From Paramoeba atlantica (taxonomy: Eukaryota; Protista; Discosea), in NCBI GenBank assembly GCA_977017575.1, contig CDRNVI010000032.1:62001-126000 (forward strand): 64,000 bases of DNA, written 5' to 3'. This document shows, piece by piece, positions 62,667 to 64,000 of this stretch. The notes beneath the pieces are model-generated. The model saw only the letters and a program-made list of their open reading frames with translations. It searched no databases and was not told where the DNA came from. A program made the position numbers and the translations under genes. Each line of letters starts with the position of its first letter. The stretch's first letter is position 1.

Positions 62667-63031
62667 GGATTGTGCAACGCGGACAAACAGCGCGGGTGAG
62701 CTCACAGAGAAGTTGAAAGCTGTGTGACCTAATTTACCCGTCCGGAGGAGCTCCACCACTGATGAGTATGGCGGGGGAAGATTTATGGATGGGAGGCGAT
62801 TTTTCTGTCCAAAGGCACTTTATTTGTCCAAAGGCATTTTATCTGTCCAAAGGCATCGGTCCTGTCCGGTCGCCATGAAAACGAAAGCACAATGGAGCGT
62901 ATGTAGACAGTAGAAAAAGTACGTCAGCATTCTTTTCAAAATTACAGTTGAATATTCCATATTTTGGGGATTGTGCGATGTGGCTGAGACTTTGTGAAAA
63001 TAGGAAACGAGATAAAAAGAGTTCACCAGCT

Positions 63032-63889
63032 CTAAAGTTCTATGGTTGGCTTTAATGCTTTCCACGAATGTACTCTACATCGTCCGGAAGGAAGTAGAGG
63101 AATGATGTCATTTTCTTCCCAGTTTCTAATTTGAGATAACAATTGAGGTGACAATTGATGGTGCGAATCCGCTGCCTTGTACAGCTGTTGAAGTATCTTT
63201 TTTGAAAGCAAAGATTTTTTTGAGTCACATCTTTCTGGACTGAGTCGGACGGCAAGAGAAACGTTCGAACGGACGATTGTAAGCCAAGGTAAACAAACGG
63301 GAATGGCAACATTAGTCTCACCAATAGAAGAGACCGCCTCCGATTCTTGTGACGGGATTATGAATGTAGAAGAACCGAAAAACAGTTTCTCTTCATTCGA
63401 TAAAAAGAAAGAGGTATTTTGACTAACAATGCTGTTCAATGCTAATCTTTCGGGTCTTTTGTAAATTCTATTATTCTCAACATCGTGATCATCTACAATC
63501 GGGGTTGATTCGTTCATATTTCGTTCCATATCAATGCTGATTTTTACATCTTGTTCTGTGGAAAGAGAAGCATTCACATGATTCTTTTCTATTGGTTGCT
63601 CTGGTGTGGAGTTAACTCCCCACTGCTCCTTATGTTTCGCAATTTTCTTTAGTTTAGTCTTACTGATGCCTTTCTTTTGCAAAATTCTCTTCGTGTCTTC
63701 AGTCGCAGGATTTAGCTCGGTGTTACCCGTCCTTGGATTCAAAAAAATTAGAGAATGAGCACTAGAATCATGTACCGGCGATTTCTTGCGAAATTGAGTC
63801 CCATTTTCATTTGACAATCTGTGTTTTATTGGCGGAGAGGGAGTTTCCTTTGGAAGACACAATGCTGTACACCCTAGTTCCAGAGCCAT
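63032..63889 (-). CDS. Hypothetical protein; 5' end uncertain
   Basis: Open frame on the polycistron strand with its first ATG at 63889 (MALELG). The frame stays open to 63991 without an ATG. Confidence 0.55.
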   Translation of the reverse strand: MALELGCTALCLPKETPSPPIKHRLSNENGTQFRKKSPVHDSSAHSLIFLNPRTGNTELNPATEDTKRILQKKGISKTKLKKIAKHKEQWGVNSTPEQPIEKNHVNASLSTEQDVKISIDMERNMNESTPIVDDHDVENNRIYKRPERLALNSIVSQNTSFFLSNEEKLFFGSSTFIIPSQESEAVSSIGETNVAIPVCLPWLTIVRSNVSLAVRLSPERCDSKKSLLSKKILQQLYKAADSHHQLSPQLLSQIRNWEENDIIPLLPSGRCRVHSWKALKPTIEL

Positions 63890-64000
63890 AATGTTCTCTC
63901 GCTCTATTTCACCAGTAAAAGTAAGCGTAAGATTGAAAGATACTTTTTTATTTGACACCGATTGCTTGCCTGGCCCAGGCTCCAATGCATTTACATCTTG

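Noticed and set aside
62755-62790. ctgatgag suggesting a hammerhead ribozyme core
   Set aside because: No matching gaaa and stems could be found. The hairpin array also lacks a CUGAnGA...GAAA core.
1-64000. Stop-codon reassignment (Blastocrithidia-like), cis-introns, tRNA/rRNA/SL RNA genes
   Set aside because: Conserved proteins translate uninterrupted with the standard code and end in TAA, TAG and TGA. No tRNA T-loop, rRNA or SL exon motif was seen by eye.

Overview
Eukaryotic DNA, almost certainly from a kinetoplastid and probably a prokinetoplastid or Perkinsela-like organism (inference). The evidence is a KKT2/3-type kinetochore kinase, a kinetoplastid-type mitoribosomal uS5m, and about 30 intronless genes all on the minus strand, as in one polycistronic unit. 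Housekeeping genes (HOP2-like, eIF5B, DBP8, SNF2, THOC2, RING E3, GPR89, MVD, MYST HAT, ASNSD1, JmjC, TKT, uS5m, HMGR) are interleaved with ten members of one short LRR family and several TA-flanked MITEs. A gene-free repeat block at about 56.6-63.0 kb holds fragments of two retroelement classes and a TIR-bounded array of UUCG hairpins. The most unusual signal is a set of at least six GC-rich 'mirror-skew' islands of 0.5-1.3 kb inside coding regions. In each, the + strand is C-rich left of a centre and G-rich right of it. Synonymous codon choice flips from NNC to NNG/NNT across the centre, and low-complexity insertions cluster there. All calls come from reading motifs by eye; no searches were run.
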